Source: the human T2T-CHM13v2.0 reference genome, Homo sapiens
Length of the DNA: 64,000 bases
Direction: 5' to 3' (one strand)
Assembly (NCBI RefSeq): GCF_009914755.1
Contig: NC_060947.1
Under the pieces are notes generated by a model. That model was not told where the DNA came from. It saw only the letters and a program-made list of their open reading frames with translations, and ran no database searches. A program made the translations under genes and the position numbers. Each line of letters begins with the position of its first letter. The first letter of the stretch is position 1. Shown one piece after another: positions 12,811 to 26,007 of the stretch.

Positions 12811-13461
12811 AAGCCAAAAAGAGGAGATTAGGACACAGACACACACACAGGAAAGACCATGTATGGACACAAAAAGAAGACAGCCATCTTCAAGCAAAGG
12901 AGAGAGGCTTCAGAGGAAACCAACCCTACCAACACCTTGATCTTGGTCTTCCAGCCTCCAGAACTGTGAGAGGATAAATGTGTGTTGTTTAAGCCACCCA
13001 GTCTGTGGTACTTTGTTATGGCAGCCCCAGCAAACTAATACATAAGGTACGTTCAGAAAAGATAGAAACCGCATAGGATCAAAAAACAAAAGTCCACCTG
13101 ATCTTTATTTTCAGTTGAATGCAAATTGAAAACTGGCCTCACAAGCTATTTGACATTGGGGGTTTTAAGCAGGAAATGTCAGAATATGGATAATGGGCAC
13201 ATAGCAGCTAACTAGCATGGCAACATTGCTTTTTGATCCTTCAGAATTAGCTGCAAGTGATAGAAAACTCAAATAACCTTGGCTTAAGCAAGATAGACAT
13301 GTGTTTCTCTTTCACAAAGGTGTGGGTAGTTGGGCTGATATGGCTGGCTTTCAATGGAGTCAGGGACCCAGATGCTGCCATTTTATGGGTCCATCAGAAG
13401 GCCCTCCCCTTGTGGCCTAAGATGGCTTCTTGAGCTTCAGCAAACATGTCCAAATTCCAGC

Positions 13462-13880
13462 CGTGTTGGGCCGTTCTTGAATTGCTATAAAGAAATACCT
13501 GAGACTGGGTAATTTATAAAGAAAAGAGGTTTAATTGGCTCACCGTTCTGCAGGCTTTACAGGAAGCATAGTGGCTTCTGCCTCTGGTGAGGCCTCAGGA
13601 AGCTTCCAATCATGGCAGAAGGTGAAGCGGGAGCAGGTGTCTCACATGGCAAAAGCAGGAGCAAGGGCGGGGAAAGGTGCCACACACTCATACACTTTTA
13701 AACAACCAAATCTCATGAGAACACACTCACTACCATGAGGACAACACCAAGGGGATGGTGCTAAACCATTCATGAGAAATCCACCCTCACGATCCAGTCA
13801 CCTCCTGCTGGGCCCCACCTCCAACTTTGGGGATTACATTTAAACATGAGATTTGAGAGATAAATATCCCATCTGTATCA
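13462..13880 (-). mobile_element. MST-type MaLR LTR nested in an older MLT1 LTR (~13230-14120)
   Basis: tgctataaagaaatacctgagactgggtaatttataaagaaaagaggtttaattggctca...; 5-bp TSD ccagc at 13457-13461 and 13881-13885. Confidence 0.85.
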
Positions 13881-14701
13881 CCAGCCAATAAGAGGAAATA
13901 AATGAAGAACATCATCCTCCCTTCACAGCCACATCCTGGAAGTGTTGCACATGGCACTTCTGTTTACATCCCATTGGCCGGAACTTAGTTCCATGGCCAC
14001 ATATTATTGAAGTGAAGGCTGGGAAATGTAGTCTATATTCTGAGTAGCTATGTAATAGGGGTCCTATTACTAAGAAGGAAGGGGAGAACAGAGATTGAGG
14101 TCCCACTGGCAATGTTGACCATGTGTAAATTACAGATCACATCTCCAATTATATAGATGAGTAAACTGAATTTCAAAAGGATAGATTGTTAAATGATTTG
14201 CCCAGAATCTCACATTGAACAAGTGACAGATTTAAAAGCCATGGTGTTTCCCAAGGATGATTAAGTCACTTTTCATGAAATATTTTACCCAGAGAGATCA
14301 GTAGTACTTCTAGTTTCATCAGTTAACTTGCTGGGTCCCAGTGGGTAAGTTTTAATAACTGACCTGTTTTCAATGTGAAGGTCTTGTTTATGAAAAAAAA
14401 ATATAAAAAGTGTTAAAATTAATTCAGTTTAATGCAACATTAACTGAACAGTTGATGTGCCCAAACATTCTTCTGAATGCCAGAGATTCATAACTACTGC
14501 CTCCCTCACTAGACAACTTCATAGGGCCATCAAAATGTCTTTCTTTCCTTTTTGGCCAGGGAAGCCAGGGAGGAAGGATACAAGTCCAGGTTCTAGCCCA
14601 GTGCCTGGCACATAGTAGGTGCTGAATTAAAAGTTAGGTAAATTAATAAATGACCAAGGAAGGGGGATGGAGAGGCACATAATGTTATTTATATATGAAT
14701 A

Positions 14702-14732
<31 letters not shown>

Positions 14733-15595
14733 TACAGTATAGCATTTCAAAGAATGAATATATGTCTATATGCATATGTATAAACATATAAAACTATAAG
14801 TTTATATAGGGCGTATATATATACATATTATATATATACATATATATAAAAACATATAAAACATTCCACAGAATACAGATAAGAGAGAAACTGAGTCCAC
14901 ATGAGAGAATCAGGGAAAACTGAATACAGTGGATGACACTTATAGTGTTCTTATGGAGCAAATGTGAGCCCACCTGATATAAAATGGGCATAGAAAGCAA
15001 ACATTCCAATGCTTAATTCCTAGTAGGTATTGCATAAGAGTAAATGAATGGATGGATAGATACATACCTGCAAAAAGAATGCATAAGGTGAGCATCAGCC
15101 CAAGATACAGAAAGTGGACTGGCCAGAATCTTAGGTAATAAGCCCAGTGGCTGCCAAGAGGCAAAGAAGGCAGGCTGGAACCAGGCTGTGAGGAGCCCAG
15201 TACACTGAGCCAAGGAGTTTGGACTTGGTTCTGACAACAATAGCGAGCAAACAGGCCATTGCAGGCTCTCTGTTCTTTAAAGTTAACACGATCGTGACTA
15301 ATTCATGCACAGAATTATGACAAAATTGCACAGAATTATTAAGGTAATGAGCTATAGTTTAGTTTAATTGGCAGCATTTTTCTTTTCTAATGTACATAGT
15401 AATAGAATGCTTATAATCTATGATATCTCAGATTTAATGAATTTAAGTACAAAATTAAAACTCAAAATACCAAAGCAACAAACGTCAACAAAGATCATCA
15501 CCTTGCTCTTCAGTATGTTCTGCTTGGTTTCTGGATATCACATTTATTAGTTATCTATTGCTATGCAACAGAATACTTCAAAATTTAGTGGCTTA

Positions 15596-16321
15596 CAATG
15601 AGATACCATCTCACACCAGTTAGAATGGCAATCCTTAAAAAGTCAGGAAACAACAGGTGCTGGAGAGGATGTGCAGAAATAGGAACACTTTTACACTGTT
15701 GGTGGGACTGTAAACTAGTTCAACCATTGTGGAAGTCAGTGTGGCGATTCCTCAGGGATCTAGAACTAGAAATACCATTAGACCCAGCCATCCCATTGCT
15801 GGGTATATACCCAAAGGATTATAAATCATGCTGCTATAAAGACACATGCACACGTATGTTTATTGCAGCACTATTCACAATAGCAAAGACTTGGAACCAA
15901 GCCAAATGTCCAACAATGATAGACTGGATTAAGAAAATGTGGCACATATACACCATGGAATACTATGCAGCCATAAAAAATGATGAGTTCATATCCTTTG
16001 TAGGGACGTGGATGAAGCTGGAAACCATCATTCTCAGCAAACTATCGCAAGGACAAAAAACCAAACACCGCATATTCTCACTCGTAGGTGGGAATTGAAC
16101 AATGAGAACACTTGGACACAGGAAGGGGAACATCACACACCGGGGCCTGTCGTGGGGTGGGGGCAGCGGGGAGGGATAGCATTAGGAGATATACCTAATG
16201 TAAATGACGAGTTAATGGGTGCAGCACACCAACATGGCACATGTATACATATGTAACCTGCACGTTGTGCACATGTACCCTAAAACTTAAAGTATAATAA
16301 AAATAAATAAATAAATAAATA
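15596..16321 (+). mobile_element. 5'-truncated L1PA element (ORF2 C-terminus, 3'UTR, A-rich tail)
   Basis: ORF 15598-16098 [25 protein letters not shown]...[17 protein letters not shown] is the L1 ORF2p C-terminus; G-rich 3'UTR; 16-bp TSD aaaatttagtggctta at 15580-15595 and 16322-16337. Confidence 0.95.
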
Positions 16322-16469
16322 AAAATTTAGTGGCTTAAAGCAACATTTATTATTTCACACATTTTCTGTGAATCAGGAATTCAGGAGCAGCTTAGCAAGA
16401 TGGGGCTTGGGGTTTTTTTAAGACATTTTTTAGGGCAGTTTTAGATTCATAGCAAAAGGGCTTGGAGTC

Positions 16470-17098
16470 TTTTAATTCTTATTTTAGGTTCAGGGGTACC
16501 TGTGCAGGTTTGTTATATAGATAAATTCATGTCATGGGGGGCTGTTTTACAGATTATTTTGTGACCCAGGTACTAACCCTAGTATCCAATAGGTATTTTT
16601 TCTGCTCCTCTCCCTCCTCCCACCCTCCACTCTCAAATAGGCCCTGGTGTGTGTTGTTCCCCTCTTTGTGCCCATTGGTTCTCATCATTTAGCTCCCACT
16701 TATAAGTGAGAACATGTGGTATTTGGTTTTCTGTTCCTGCATTAGTTTGCTAAGGATAATGGCCTCCAGCTCCACCCATGTTCTTGCAAAGAACATGATC
16801 TCATTCTTTTTATGGCTGCATAGTATTCCATGGTGTATATGTACCATAGTATCTCTGTCCAGTCTATCACTGATGGGCATTTTGGTTGATTCCATGTCTT
16901 TGCTTTTGTGAATAGTGCTGCAATGAACACTGTGTGCATGTGTCTTTATGGTACAATGATTTATATTCCTTTGGATATATACCCAGAAATGGGATTGCTG
17001 GGTCAAATAGTAGTTCTGTTTTTACTATTTACAAATAGTAGTTCTGTATTTACTATTTCCTCAAATAGTAGATTCTTTGAGGAATCGCCATACTGCTT
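16470..17098 (-). mobile_element. Older L1PA (PA13-16-like) 3' fragment
   Basis: Minus-strand ORF2 remnants (16689-17006, 16742-16939: TWNQPKCPS...[13 protein letters not shown]) and L1 3'UTR. Confidence 0.88.
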
Positions 17099-17569
17099 GG
17101 GCTTGGAGTTTTTCACAAGGTTACAATCAAGTTGTTGATCAATGCTATAGTCATCTGACATCTTGACTCTGGCTGGAGGATCTGCTTCCAAGACGGCGTA
17201 CTCACATGGCTGTTGGCAGGAGGCCTCAGCTTCTCTCTATGTGGACCTCTCCACAGGGCTGCTTGAATGTTCTCACAACTGTTAGCTGACTTCCCCCATA
17301 GTGACTAATCCAAGAGAGAGAGCAAGGAGGAAGCTACAATGCCTTCTGTGTCCTAATTTCGGAAGTTACCCCCATCACTCCCACAGTATTCTTTGTTAGA
17401 TATCAGTCACTAAGTACAACCCCACATAAAAGGAGGGGAATTAAACTTCACCTTTTGAAAGGATGAGCATCAGATCATTTATGGACATATTTTAAAACCG
17501 TCACAGCATACAACACATTCTGGTTTGCCTTCGCCCACACTTGTTACTCTTCCCTTCTTCAACAGGATT

Positions 17570-18290
17570 TAAAGTGCTGTATTTCCACAGAGATTAATCT
17601 CTGACCCTATTTTCTTTCTTATTTACACTCTCCAGGTTATCTTCCCAGTCCCAGCACTTTCAATGCCATCTATATGTATATTCATGTCTTCAAAATGTGA
17701 ATCTCAAGCCCCAGCCTCTTTCTGCTGCATTCTTGACCGATTCATTGAGATGTCTCACTGAGCCTAAGACATCCAAAACTGAACTCTTGATCATCATTCA
17801 GAACTTGCTTCCCTCCACTTCACCCTTTCTCCCCACCCCAGAACAAACAGCATCCAAACTGGCTCAAGCCAAAAACTGGGGTATCATTGCTGACAGGTGG
17901 GGTTCTTCCTCCCCACTTGTATTACATCTGCTACTAAGTCCTGTTACAAACCATGTCTCAAGTCCATCTCCTTCTATCCCCACTCTCTGCCCCTGCCTAC
18001 CATCATCCAGCTACACCACCATTATCTCTCACCTGAACCACCACAATAGCTTCCTTTTACTTTTTCTTTTGCTCCCTCTAGTCCATGCTCCAAAGTGTTC
18101 CTCTTAACAGTTAAATTAGACCATGTCAGCCCTCTTCTTAAAACTTTTCAGTGACTTTCCACCAGATTAAGAATAAAATTCATTCTACTTAAAATGACAT
18201 AAATGGCTCTACTTGACCTAGACTTTGACTACTTCTCTAACTCCATCTTCCATCTTATATCATTCTCCCCCATGCTTACTATGAATGAAT
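17570..18290 (+). mobile_element. L2 LINE fragments
   Basis: catccaaaactgaactcttgat...tctctcacctgaaccaccacaatagcttcc...ends in (tgaa)n. Confidence 0.6.
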
Positions 18291-18329
18291 GAATGAGAGG
18301 GAGAATAAATGTAGCTGTCTTGATAACAC

Positions 18330-18466
18330 TTGCTTTATTGACTGCCTTCCCTTCCTAGTCTCACTTCCCCACTCCTTTATCAACGTTCCCTTCACCTCCT
18401 AAGTAAACCACTTCCATGCAAATTCTTGTCTCATGGTCTGCTTCTGGGGTAGCCAAAACCAAGACA
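18330..18466 (+). mobile_element. LTR16-like 3' fragment
   Basis: ttcttgtctcatggtctgcttctggggtagccaaaaccaagaca. Confidence 0.65.
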
Positions 18467-19427
18467 CTCCCCATCCCCAATCTCCACATAACTCCTGAGC
18501 TTGGAAGATAAATGAGGGAAATAGAGGAAGCGATGGAAAGTTCCAACTTTTGCCTGAAGTTTACTACTATCCCTACCAGTCATGGCATTAGAAATTTGAA
18601 GACACATCAACACACACTAGTATAGGAGAGCTTTATAACCCAGGCAAGTTTTTCACTGGGCACATAAGCCCCTACACATCTGGGAAAGTGAGATGTCTTG
18701 GGGTATCCCTGGACCCGCTGGACTTGTACTCTGTTTCTTGATGGTAGATGGGAACCCAGACTTAATTTTAACTGGCTAAGTACAGTGAACTTGCCATACT
18801 GGGAGCTATGATAAAAAAAATAACAAAAATCAAAACCACCGCCAACAAAAATCTTCATGGCTGGACCTTGTTATCCCTATTTAGAAAATCTTTTATTTCA
18901 TTTATATGGCAATATTTAAATGTATTTAAACATCGGCAAAAGAAGTTTAATTTCTCAATTTGTCTTGGAGAATATCATGAAGTTTTCTGGAATCTGACCA
19001 TAAACAAACATACTAAGAATTCTGGCACAGTATATTTTTGCAGAAAATAAGGAATCCTATGAAGAAATACTACACTACTTACACAATCCCTGGAATGTTT
19101 TTAAATTAACTTCAGCTGTGGAGACGGCGATTTTCTGATTAATTTGATCAATGTAGACAGCAAGCTGTATAATGCATTAAAGAAACTGGGCAATTCAGCA
19201 TTTAGCTAAGACTCCCACAGCTCAGGGCTTCCACTCCACAGAGACTTGTTCACCTACATTAGCATTTCCCTGTCTCAAGACTCGGTTCCCTGAGCCTCAT
19301 ATGTGCAAAATATTGTTTAGGAAGAGACAGAGAGAGAGTGAGAGAGAAGCTGGCCAGTCCATCTAGACCTTCCAAGGTGGCAGAGGATGTTGATGGGATT
19401 AGTACAGTCCAAAATTAGATATTCTAT

Positions 19428-19733
19428 TTCTTTTCTTTTTTTTTTTTCTTTTTGAGATGGAGTCTCACTCTGTTGCCCAGGCTGAAGTGCAGTGGCGCAA
19501 TCTCGGCTCACTGCAAGCTCTGACTCCCGGGTTCACGCCATTCTCCTGCCTCAGCCTCCTGAGTAGCTGGGACTACAGGCCCTGCTACCATGCCCGGCTA
19601 ATTTTTTGTATTTTTAGTAGAGACGGGGTTTCACCATGTTAGCCAGGATGATCTCGATCTCCTAACCTCTTGATCCGCCCACCTCGGCCTCCCAAAGTGC
19701 TGGGATTACAGGCGTGACCCACTGCGCCCGGCC
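19428..19733 (-). mobile_element. AluY-like full-length SINE
   Basis: ctgcaagct...cccgggttcacgccattctcc...ttagccaggatg..ctcgatctcc; T-rich tail on +. Confidence 0.92.
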
Positions 19734-21384
19734 GAGTTGATTCTTAAACAATTACTTCCATTTTTTAACAAATGAGAGTGATGTAGATTTGATGGCAAAT
19801 CTCCTATATCTTTCGACAGAACTATAATACTAAGATGCTTTTGTGACTGAGAAAGGAATTCCTTACAGCAGATAAGAAATCTTAATTTATTAACAAAGTT
19901 AATAAATTTTTGATGGCCCAAGTGTTAGTCATTAACATTTGGGGGAGTTTTATAAGTAACACTTTATACGACATCAAAAACAATGATTTGGGAGAAATTA
20001 ATACACCTCAGATTTCTCAGTTTCACCTTTTCACCTGAAAGCAGGCATGTGAAAGCAATAAAGATTGAGAAAATGAGGATTTCTCTGGAGAGTTGTGGTA
20101 ATGTCAAACACTATATGAGTTTTATCTTCTGGTAACTGTCTCCTGTTAGTTAACCCCAGGCAGTATTCTTTGCAATCCCAAGTAATTGACTTTGACTGGT
20201 ACATATGAAGTAGGTTTGACCACCTGTACCAAGGACTCGTGGCTGGTTTCTGATTAGGCTTTTTAAAAATATCAGATTTCAACAAATTTCTATTTGGTTT
20301 TGTGTGATTTCACATCTAACTGTTTCAGAAATATTGTTGGAGCTTAGTGAGCTCACCCTACTTCTAAGGAGGCTGTTTTGTGTATTACAAAATTCTTGAT
20401 ATTTCCAACTGCTTGAAATCTACCTGTCACTGTCTGAAGCCTGCAGGAGGGACACAGGCCTTTTTCTTTTGCCCCCTGCTGTTTCCCTGCGCCTTCTCTA
20501 TCCCACCATTCCCCTGCTGCCCTTCTCACTCCTGCTCCTAACACACACCACGATCTACACTCAAATTTTCAGGCCACCAACTCCCCATGTTCTTAATGGT
20601 GCTGTCCTTGGCACAGGCTATTTTTTCTGCCTGGAACACCTTCCCCACCATACAGCCTCCTCCCACTTCTCCTAAGTTCCATGGCTAAGTTCCATTCATA
20701 TTGAGCCCCATTTCCTCCAGAACACCCCTCACCCACCCATCCCAATGTACTAACTTCCATATCTCCCCCTAGCTCCTGAGAACTTGCCCCTTTGGTAGGG
20801 TCATATGTTGGAATATAATGGGGCTTCTCTCATATACCTCCTGTAGTCTCAGTGCCTAGTACAGTGCCTGATGTGTGTAGTTACTTAATAAATTTTGGGT
20901 AGACAAATGAGTAGGTGAATAGTTTGGTGAAGTGTGTTCCCCTCTGGCTCCTAATACCAATGAAATACTCAGTTTTTCTTGGCCTTAGTTTCTTCATGCA
21001 CAAAATGATAGGTTGGAACCAGATGATATCTAAGGTTGCTTTCTTTAAGGTGAAATTCTATGATAATCTCCCCTTAGAATGAACAGTTATTCCTACAAAC
21101 ATAAAAAAGGCAAGTCACATGGAACCTGTGACAGCTATGAGGATGTGCCTCGCAGACATCCAACTGCAGGGAGCATAATTGACCCAGGGTCCCAACTACT
21201 CTGCTCTTGGAAATCCAGCACCACTTTTAAGTGAGGCTGCAACTCCCACAGGCTGCTGCCACCAATGACTGAGCATGGCAGGGATACTAAGGCAGGTCCT
21301 TCTGTGGGAAACGTGGCTCTCCTCTGAAGGTCAACACATCTGATAATATTAATCCTACTACTACGAATAATAAAAGCAATCAAT

Positions 21385-21610
21385 TAGGGAGCATTTACTG
21401 TGTTAGTCACCATTCACAGCCCTTTACATATATTTAATGATTTCATTATCACAAATACCCTTAAGGTAAATACTGTTGTTTTCCCTGTTTTAGAAAAGAG
21501 ATAGCTAAGGCATAGAAAGACAAAGTAACTTGCTGAAGGTCAGAGTTAATATATAGTAGAGCCAGAATTCAAACCCAGGAAGGAGACCATAGTCCTGACC
21601 ACCATGTTAT
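21385..21610 (-). mobile_element. MIR SINE
   Basis: aagtaacttgctgaaggtcaga...agagccagaattcaaacccagg. Confidence 0.7.
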
Positions 21611-21614
21611 GCAG

Positions 21615-22760
21615 CCTCTCAACATTCAGAGTTGATCCCACTCTCTTACTAGAAAAACTCTCCTCATTTGGCTTTCCCAACAATGTACTAACCTGGTGTT
21701 CCTCTGAGCATTGCCTGGGCCTCTTTCTGGACCTTCCTGCTCTTTGGTCCATCTCTTACATGCTGGCATCTTTGGGACTGTGCCCTAAGCCTCCTTCTTT
21801 TCTTACACTACATCCACTTCTGTAGAATCAGTTACCATCTACCTGCAGATGATTCCCAAATATAGTTCTGCTTCCTGGACTCCTCACCCAAATATCCAAC
21901 TTCCTACTCAACACCTCTTCTAGGTTGTCCGTCTAATGAGTACTCAAAATCAGCATGTGCCAAAGAGAATTCATCATCTATCCTATTCCCTAACGTGTTC
22001 CTCCACCCATATTCCTCATTCCAGAAATACAGTGCTAACATCTACCCGATGGTGCATCCCTCTGACGCTCTATATCCAATCGACTAGGATATAAGCTCCA
22101 TGAGGACAGAAATCTTATTTCCCTTTTGGTTGCTGATGAACTTCTGGAAACTAGCCCAGTGTCTGATACATTATAGGCACTCAATAAATACTTGTTGAAT
22201 GAATGAATGAATGAATCACTCTAATCCATTACCAAATCTTTTGGTCCCACTTTGATGCCATTCATTTCTCCTTACCTCCACTGCTTCTGCTCCAGTCCAA
22301 GCAACCAGAATCTATCTTCTGAGCCAACTGGTATCTTTTCTTCCATTCTGTCTCCCTCCAATCTATCTTCCAGACTGCTTTCGTGGTACTGTTTTTCAAG
22401 AGAAAAACCTTATCAAATAACATTCCTACTTAAAACCCTTCAGTGCTGTTCTATTGCCATTAAGATGTAAAACCCAAAGCCCTAACTTGATTCACAAGAC
22501 CCTCTGTGATGTAGCCTCTGCCAACCTCTCGGGGCTCATCTCTCACAAGCTGACTCCTCCCTCCCTTTGTTGTAATCCTCTGGTCATCTACTCATTCCTC
22601 AAGCACAAGCATGGTGTCTTTTACCTCTTAGTCTGCACTCATTCTATTCCCTTTGCCTCTAATATTCTTTCACTTTATGTGGTTGAACCCTGTTTGTCTT
22701 AAGTCTAATTTAAAGTTTGCACCTTCAAAGGGAACATCTGGGACCCTTTAGACTGGATTA
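21615..22760 (+). mobile_element. L2 LINE fragments
   Basis: gcagatgattcccaaat..., taagctccatgaggacaga...ggcactcaataaatacttgttgaatgaatgaatgaa (L2 3' end), aaaacccttcagtg. Confidence 0.65.
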
Positions 22761-23429
22761 TGTTTCTTTGATTTAAGCTTCTGTAATAGACTGAATATAT
22801 TGAGTGCCTCTGTTACCCTGAACCCCTTGTCTAAAAGCTCATGAGTAGGGGACCCTCTATGCCAGGATTATAAGTGTATCCTCAGCACCTAGCACTATAG
22901 TCCATACATATTAATGCCCTATTGAGGATTATACTGATTTTTTTTTTGGCATCAGGAAATAGGTAAGGTCCTTCCTATTGTGATTGGGGAGCATATTGCT
23001 TGCAAACCTGCAGTCAAGAAGTTGACAGATCATCTCTAAGATTTTGTTGCTAGATTGAATTCTAATTAAATGAATCCCACATTTCTTATAAAAATATGAA
23101 ATTAAAATTCCAAAGGCAGAATTTCCCCCTATACAGCTTTTCTTTCATCATGTTTTCTTTTGAAATCCAACTCAAATGTCACCTACCCTGTGACATTTTC
23201 CTCCTCTTTCCCAAGCAAGGTTAGTTCCTCTCTCCATTCTGCTCCCCCAGGCATCAGCTTCATGTTGTTAAAGGAAGAGGTAAAAGCAGATTGTAGTACT
23301 TTGTCAAGGTTTCTCACAGATGTGTATGGTTAAGAAATGGACTTACTGTTTATCTATGTGGAAGGGGTTTTTCACCAAGGTATGGGGATAGTTGTTTTTA
23401 CCAACAAATTTCAATCTTGTTTTCAAATC

Positions 23430-24618
23430 TTAAAAACATCAAAACAAATAACCCAGTTAAAAAATGGGCAAAGGACCTGAATAGACATTTATCCAAAGAA
23501 GATATATAAATGGTCTATAAACACATGAAAGACACTTAATATCATTAGCCATCAGAGAAATGCACATCAAAACAAGATGCTACTTCTCAAGCATTAGGAT
23601 GTCTAGAGTTTTTAAAAATGAACAATAACAAGTGCTGGTGAGGATGTGGAGAAATTGGAACTCTCATATATTGCTGATGGGAAAGTAAAATGATATAGCC
23701 ATGTTGGAAAACAGTCGGGCAGTTCTTCAGAAAGTTAAATATACAACTATAATATGTCTTAGTCAGTTCAGGCTGCTATAACAAATTACCATAGGTTGGG
23801 TGGCTTATAAACAATAGAAATGTATTTCTCACCATTCTGAAGGCTGGAATTCCAAGACTAGGGTGTCAGCATGGTCAGGTTCTGGTGAGGGCACTCTTGG
23901 GTTGCAGGCTGCCGACTTCTCAAGCTCTCTAGCCTTTTCTTATTAGGGCACTAATCCCATTCATAAAGGCTCCAACCCCATGACCTAATTACCTCCCAAA
24001 GACCCCACCACCAAATACCATCACATTGGGATTAGGGTTTCAATATATGAATTTTGGAGGACACAAACATTCTGTCCATTGCACCATATGACCCAACAAT
24101 TCCACTCCTGTGTATATACCCAAGAGAAATTAAAACATATGTCCACACAAAAACTTGTGCACCAATGTTCATAGCAACATTATTCATGATGACCAAAATG
24201 TAGAAACAACTTAAATGTCTATCAACTGATGAGTGGATAAATAAAATGTGGTATATCCATATTATGGAATATTATTCAGCAATAAAAAGAAATACAGTAC
24301 TGTTACAAGCTACAACATGGATCAAACTTGAAAACATACTAAGTTAAAGAAGCCAGATACGGAAGGCTACATATTGTGTGATTCCATTTATATGAAATAT
24401 CCAGAACAGGCAAATCCAGAGACAAAAAGCAGATTTGTGGTTGCCAGGGGATGAAGGGAGAAGTTAGTTAAGATGAACTGCTCATAGGTATAGGGTTTAT
24501 TTTTGGGGTGATGGAAATATTCTGGAACTAAATAGAAGTGATGAGTGCATAACATAGTGAAAATACTAAAAACCACTGAAGTGTATACTTTAAGAGGGTG
24601 AATTTTACGTTATGTAAA
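23430..24618 (+). mobile_element. L1MB-like 3' fragment interrupted by an MLT1A LTR
   Basis: aaaatgggcaaaggacctgaatagacattt...ccacacaaaaacttgt...atgtaaattatatctcaat. Confidence 0.85.
23755..24083 (-). mobile_element. MLT1A-like MaLR LTR
   Basis: tgtcttagtcagttcaggctgctataacaaa...cctaattacctcccaaag...acacaaacattctgtccattgca. Confidence 0.85.
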
Positions 24619-24729
24619 TTATATCTCAATTTTTAAAATACTAAAGTAAAAAAATTATTAAGGACATCACTGTATTTGGACTGGCACTTATTTACTCAGC
24701 ATACTTTATGGTTAGTTGCCCATAGTTTC

Positions 24730-24970
24730 TTCTTTTTTACTGATACAAAATATTTTACATATTTATGGGGTACATGTGAGTGTTACATGCATAGACTATA
24801 TCATGATCCAGTTGTACTTGGGGTACCCATCAAATACTCAAATACCTTGAGTATTTACCATTTCTATGTGTTGGTAATATTTGACATCCTCTCTTCTAGC
24901 TACCTGGAAATTTACAATACATTGTTGCTAACTGTAGTCACCCTGCTGTGCTACAGAATATTGGAGTTTA
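24730..24970 (-). mobile_element. L1MA-like 3' end fragment
   Basis: tacatatttatggggtacatgtga...tacaatacattgttgctaactgtagtcaccct. Confidence 0.75.
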
Positions 24971-25279
24971 TCATAGGTTCTTTGGAAACTGTTAGGCGCA
25001 GACTGGGTCAAGATTGTGGTATCCCTTGCAGAATTGTTAGGAATATACAAATTAGATTAGACACATGGCTGCATTATTTCTCAGTCAAAACTCTTTAGCA
25101 GAGCATTTTAATAATATTTAGCATGCTATCCTATACTTGAATGCATATGTTTCCAATAGACTGTGAACTTAAGAGAGCAAAGACCAGGCCCTTTTCGTCA
25201 CTGTACTCTATGTGCCTGAGACAGTACTTGGTACATAGCAAATGCACAATAAATGTTTTGCTTTAAAGTACTACTACTT

Positions 25280-25480
25280 AATGAAAGAAAAGTTTACCTT
25301 CCAGGGGACATTTGGCAATGTCTGGAGACATTTTCGTTTGTCAGAACTAGAGGGGTGTGTGCTACTGGCAACTGTAGATAAAGACCATTGTTAAATATCC
25401 TACAATGCACAGGACACCTCCCAACAACAAACAATGATCTGGCCCAAAATATCAGTTGTGTAGAAGTTGAGAAACCCTAT
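25280..25480 (+). mobile_element. MER20
   Basis: ccaggggacatttggcaatgtctggagacatttt...cctacaatgcacaggaca...gttgagaaaccct. Confidence 0.85.
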
Positions 25481-26007
25481 TCTAAATGTTTGAGTGACTT
25501 ATGAATCCCTAAAATTAATTCCATTAAAAAATGAAAAAAAGTTCTCTTCAAGAAAAAGTAAATGTTAAAATCATCCTCGCATTTGGTGCTCTCAGTAAAT
25601 GAAATGTCTCAGACCATATCTTTATAGCTCTTAACTGAGTAATCACATTTGTGGGAGAGGCAGATCTTGAGGGAAATCTACAAGGTTGTTTAACTTCCCG
25701 ACCTTGACTTAGATATTATTAACTTGCATGAAGTTCAGTTCTGTAGCAGAAAGCACATGGTAAAATGTGCATTCCTTTGTCTGTTAAAGAGCCCAGGAAA
25801 CATTTTTACAGTGTATTTAATATGTGTAAGGAAATAATCACAGCCCTCCACTAAACATACAATGCAAGTATTTTCCTTCAAAGTCTGGTAGCAACCCTGT
25901 CCAATACCAGGACAGTAAGTAGGTAAACATGCAGTGAGCTTCATCCATGGCGGCACTACTTGGGGGCACTTGGTGGGGGACAGGGGGCTCACCTTTTTCA
26001 GGCATCT

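Larger units (their letters stand above)
11878..13042 (+). mobile_element. MLT1A0/B-like MaLR LTR split by the RPL30 retrocopy (pieces 11878-12055 and 12819-13042)
   Basis: tgatgtggactgaattgtgt...tttggagatagggtcttt...aagaggagattagg | acacagac...ccagcctccagaactgtgag...gcaaactaataca. Confidence 0.85.
15545..17505 (-). mobile_element. MLT1 (F/G-like) LTR interrupted by three L1 insertions
   Basis: LTR pieces at ~15545-15595, 16322-16410 and 17099-17505 (ggaggatctgcttccaaga...ctctccacagggctgcttga...ttttaaaaccgtcaca). Confidence 0.75.

Noticed and set aside
15598-16098. 166-aa ORF
   Set aside because: C-terminal fragment of L1 ORF2p in a 5'-truncated element; not a gene.
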